Source of the DNA: Seison nebaliae
Lineage: Eukaryota
Length of the DNA stretch: 64,000 nt
Direction of reading: 5' to 3'
NCBI GenBank assembly: GCA_023231475.1
Contig: JALJEE010000137.1
Span: 1 to 64,000 of the forward strand
Shown here: positions 62,537-64,000 of the stretch, in pieces
Numbering within the stretch: position 1 is the stretch's first letter
Layout: every line of letters begins with the position of its first letter
Made by a program: the position numbers and the translations under genes
Notes under the pieces: model-generated
Databases searched by the model: none
The model's input: only the letters and a program-made list of their open reading frames with translations
What the model was told of the DNA's origin: nothing

Positions 62537-64000
62537 ATATGATGATGGAATGGAGATAATGGTGAAGGAATTTCAAGAGACGATTAAACAGAAATTTTTG
62601 TTTGATGTTTTTCTTCATCTTCTTCGATTGTTGTCGATCGTTCAACATATTCTCATGAAAGTGAATGAAGATAAATTGAGAGAGAAAGATGACGTTCTTC
62701 ATCTCATCAGGAATTATTTACCGTTTTATTCAGAGAATGAAGAAAATCAAATAATTGTGGAACGATTAACAAAAGATGAAATTAAATTGAAAATTGTGGA
62801 ACGAAAGAATGATCAAATAATCAATTCTCATTCGATCGTCAATTCGACAGGTGTACAACAACAATCTCAACAGAATTTAGATGGGAAATCCATTCATAAA
62901 TTAACTGATACGATTCAATCAGCTTTTTTGAATACATCTCTAATGAAGAAGATTTCTCAAGATTCAAATTATCAATCGAAGAAAGCGTTGAGTTTCAATT
63001 CATTATTTAATCGACGAACATCTCAACATAACATCGCCAGTCATTTACCACTCCAATTATTATCACCTGTCAAATTGAATGGAACGAACAAACTAGAAAA
63101 GAACGATAATGATTCCATCACCTCTATCTCATCTACCAATATCATCAATCGACGACAACAAATTCGTCAACCTCATAACAAATTATCAACACAAACAACA
63201 CAAACAACAACAACAACAACAATCCATAAGAATAAACATTCACCGTCATTAACATCGTCGACAGATGAGACAATAAAACAACGTGTCCGAATATCAGAAG
63301 CGGCAGAATTAATTTATAAAATAACGAAAAATTATTGGACGTTACCGGAATTGGGAGCGACTTATCAATCCTTACCTCATTATCATGAAATGAAGAAGAA
63401 TATTCAGAAAATTTATGAATTGTCTCGTTTACAATTGAACATCGACTATTCTCATCAATCGTTATCCTTCCGAAAATTCGTGAAATTCCTTCAAGAAATT
63501 TTCCGTCAATTAACTTTATTTATTCGTCATATGTCGCCGAATGATGTGGGAATGATTTGCTCCGAATTAATTTCTTATTGTACACATCTCTTCCATATCA
63601 TACCCAATTCCACCATCACTTTAATTCATCAGATGTTGTGGTCGTTAGGACATGTGTCGAATGGTCGAATTCATCTCACCCAAATTTTGAAAAAAGCTGA
63701 GGAGAAAAATGTGGAAATATCGGGAAATTATCAAGAAGATTTATTGGATTATATCAATTCATATCACTCTTCCATTTTCGATTTGGAGAATGAATTGATG
63801 GTGAATAGTTTGATGAGATGTCAGAATGTGGGTGGAAATACATCGCCGATGTTGAAGGAAGCCATTCCGAAATTCGAAAGATTTTGTTCAAATTGTATCA
63901 CATCATTTGGAACGGATATTAGACGTGACGTTTCAATTTTATCATTATTTACCGAACTTAATCGGTTTGGTATCACTTATTATGATATTGACGTTTCTTT
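58909..64000 (+). CDS. HTT: Huntingtin-like HEAT-repeat protein, 5' part (3' end outside window)
   Basis: Two short exons, then a reading frame apparently open from 59216 to the window end (absent from the ORF track, consistent with having no stop). LDHQNSNIRLCTNELF, LGATYQSLPHY..RKFVKFL..NDVGMICSELISY..LIHQMLWSLG and LNRFGITYYDID match remembered huntingtin blocks; there is an acidic disordered insert at about 60900-61150. Confidence 0.75.
61035..61085 (+). repeat. GAC/GAT trinucleotide run encoding a poly-Asp tract in HTT
   Basis: gacgacgacgacaacgacgacggtgatgatgatgatgacgatgatgatgat, in the HTT frame. Confidence 0.9.
62487..62534 (+). repeat. (AAC)4(AAT)12 microsatellite encoding 16 Asn in HTT
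   Basis: Directly visible; in the same frame as the long HTT exon. Confidence 0.9.

Noticed and set aside
1..64000. CRISPR arrays, prokaryotic operons, tRNA or rRNA genes
   Set aside because: The sequence is intron-containing animal DNA. No repeat-spacer array or recognisable tRNA/rRNA was seen by eye; a covariance search was not possible.

Overview
Eukaryotic (metazoan) nuclear DNA: AT-rich and gene-dense, with many very short introns (mostly about 36-70 nt). By manual splicing I find 18 protein-coding genes: CFAP54, an unknown intronless ORF, FAM50, FAM81-like, an SLC22 transporter with SAMM50 nested in one intron, two SLC1/EAAT paralogs flanking IFT57, two SLC16/MCT paralogs, a rhodopsin-class GPCR, LSm3, a CD2AP/CIN85-like SH3 adaptor, a PAR-bZIP (ces-2-like), NIFK/Nop15, FRS2-like, and the 5' part of huntingtin. 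There is also a decayed Ty3/Gypsy RT fragment. The most striking signal is a rewired splice-site code. Of about 81 introns I reconstructed, about 75 begin GTT, 3 GTC, 3 GTAT and none GTG, whereas the canonical metazoan donor is GTRAGT. In two places a canonical-looking donor next to the GTT site is out of frame. About a quarter of the acceptors are AAG (one is GAG), often without a polypyrimidine tract. All exon boundaries are manual inferences from reading frame and remembered protein homology; none was checked against transcripts or databases. The taxon cannot be determined from the sequence alone.
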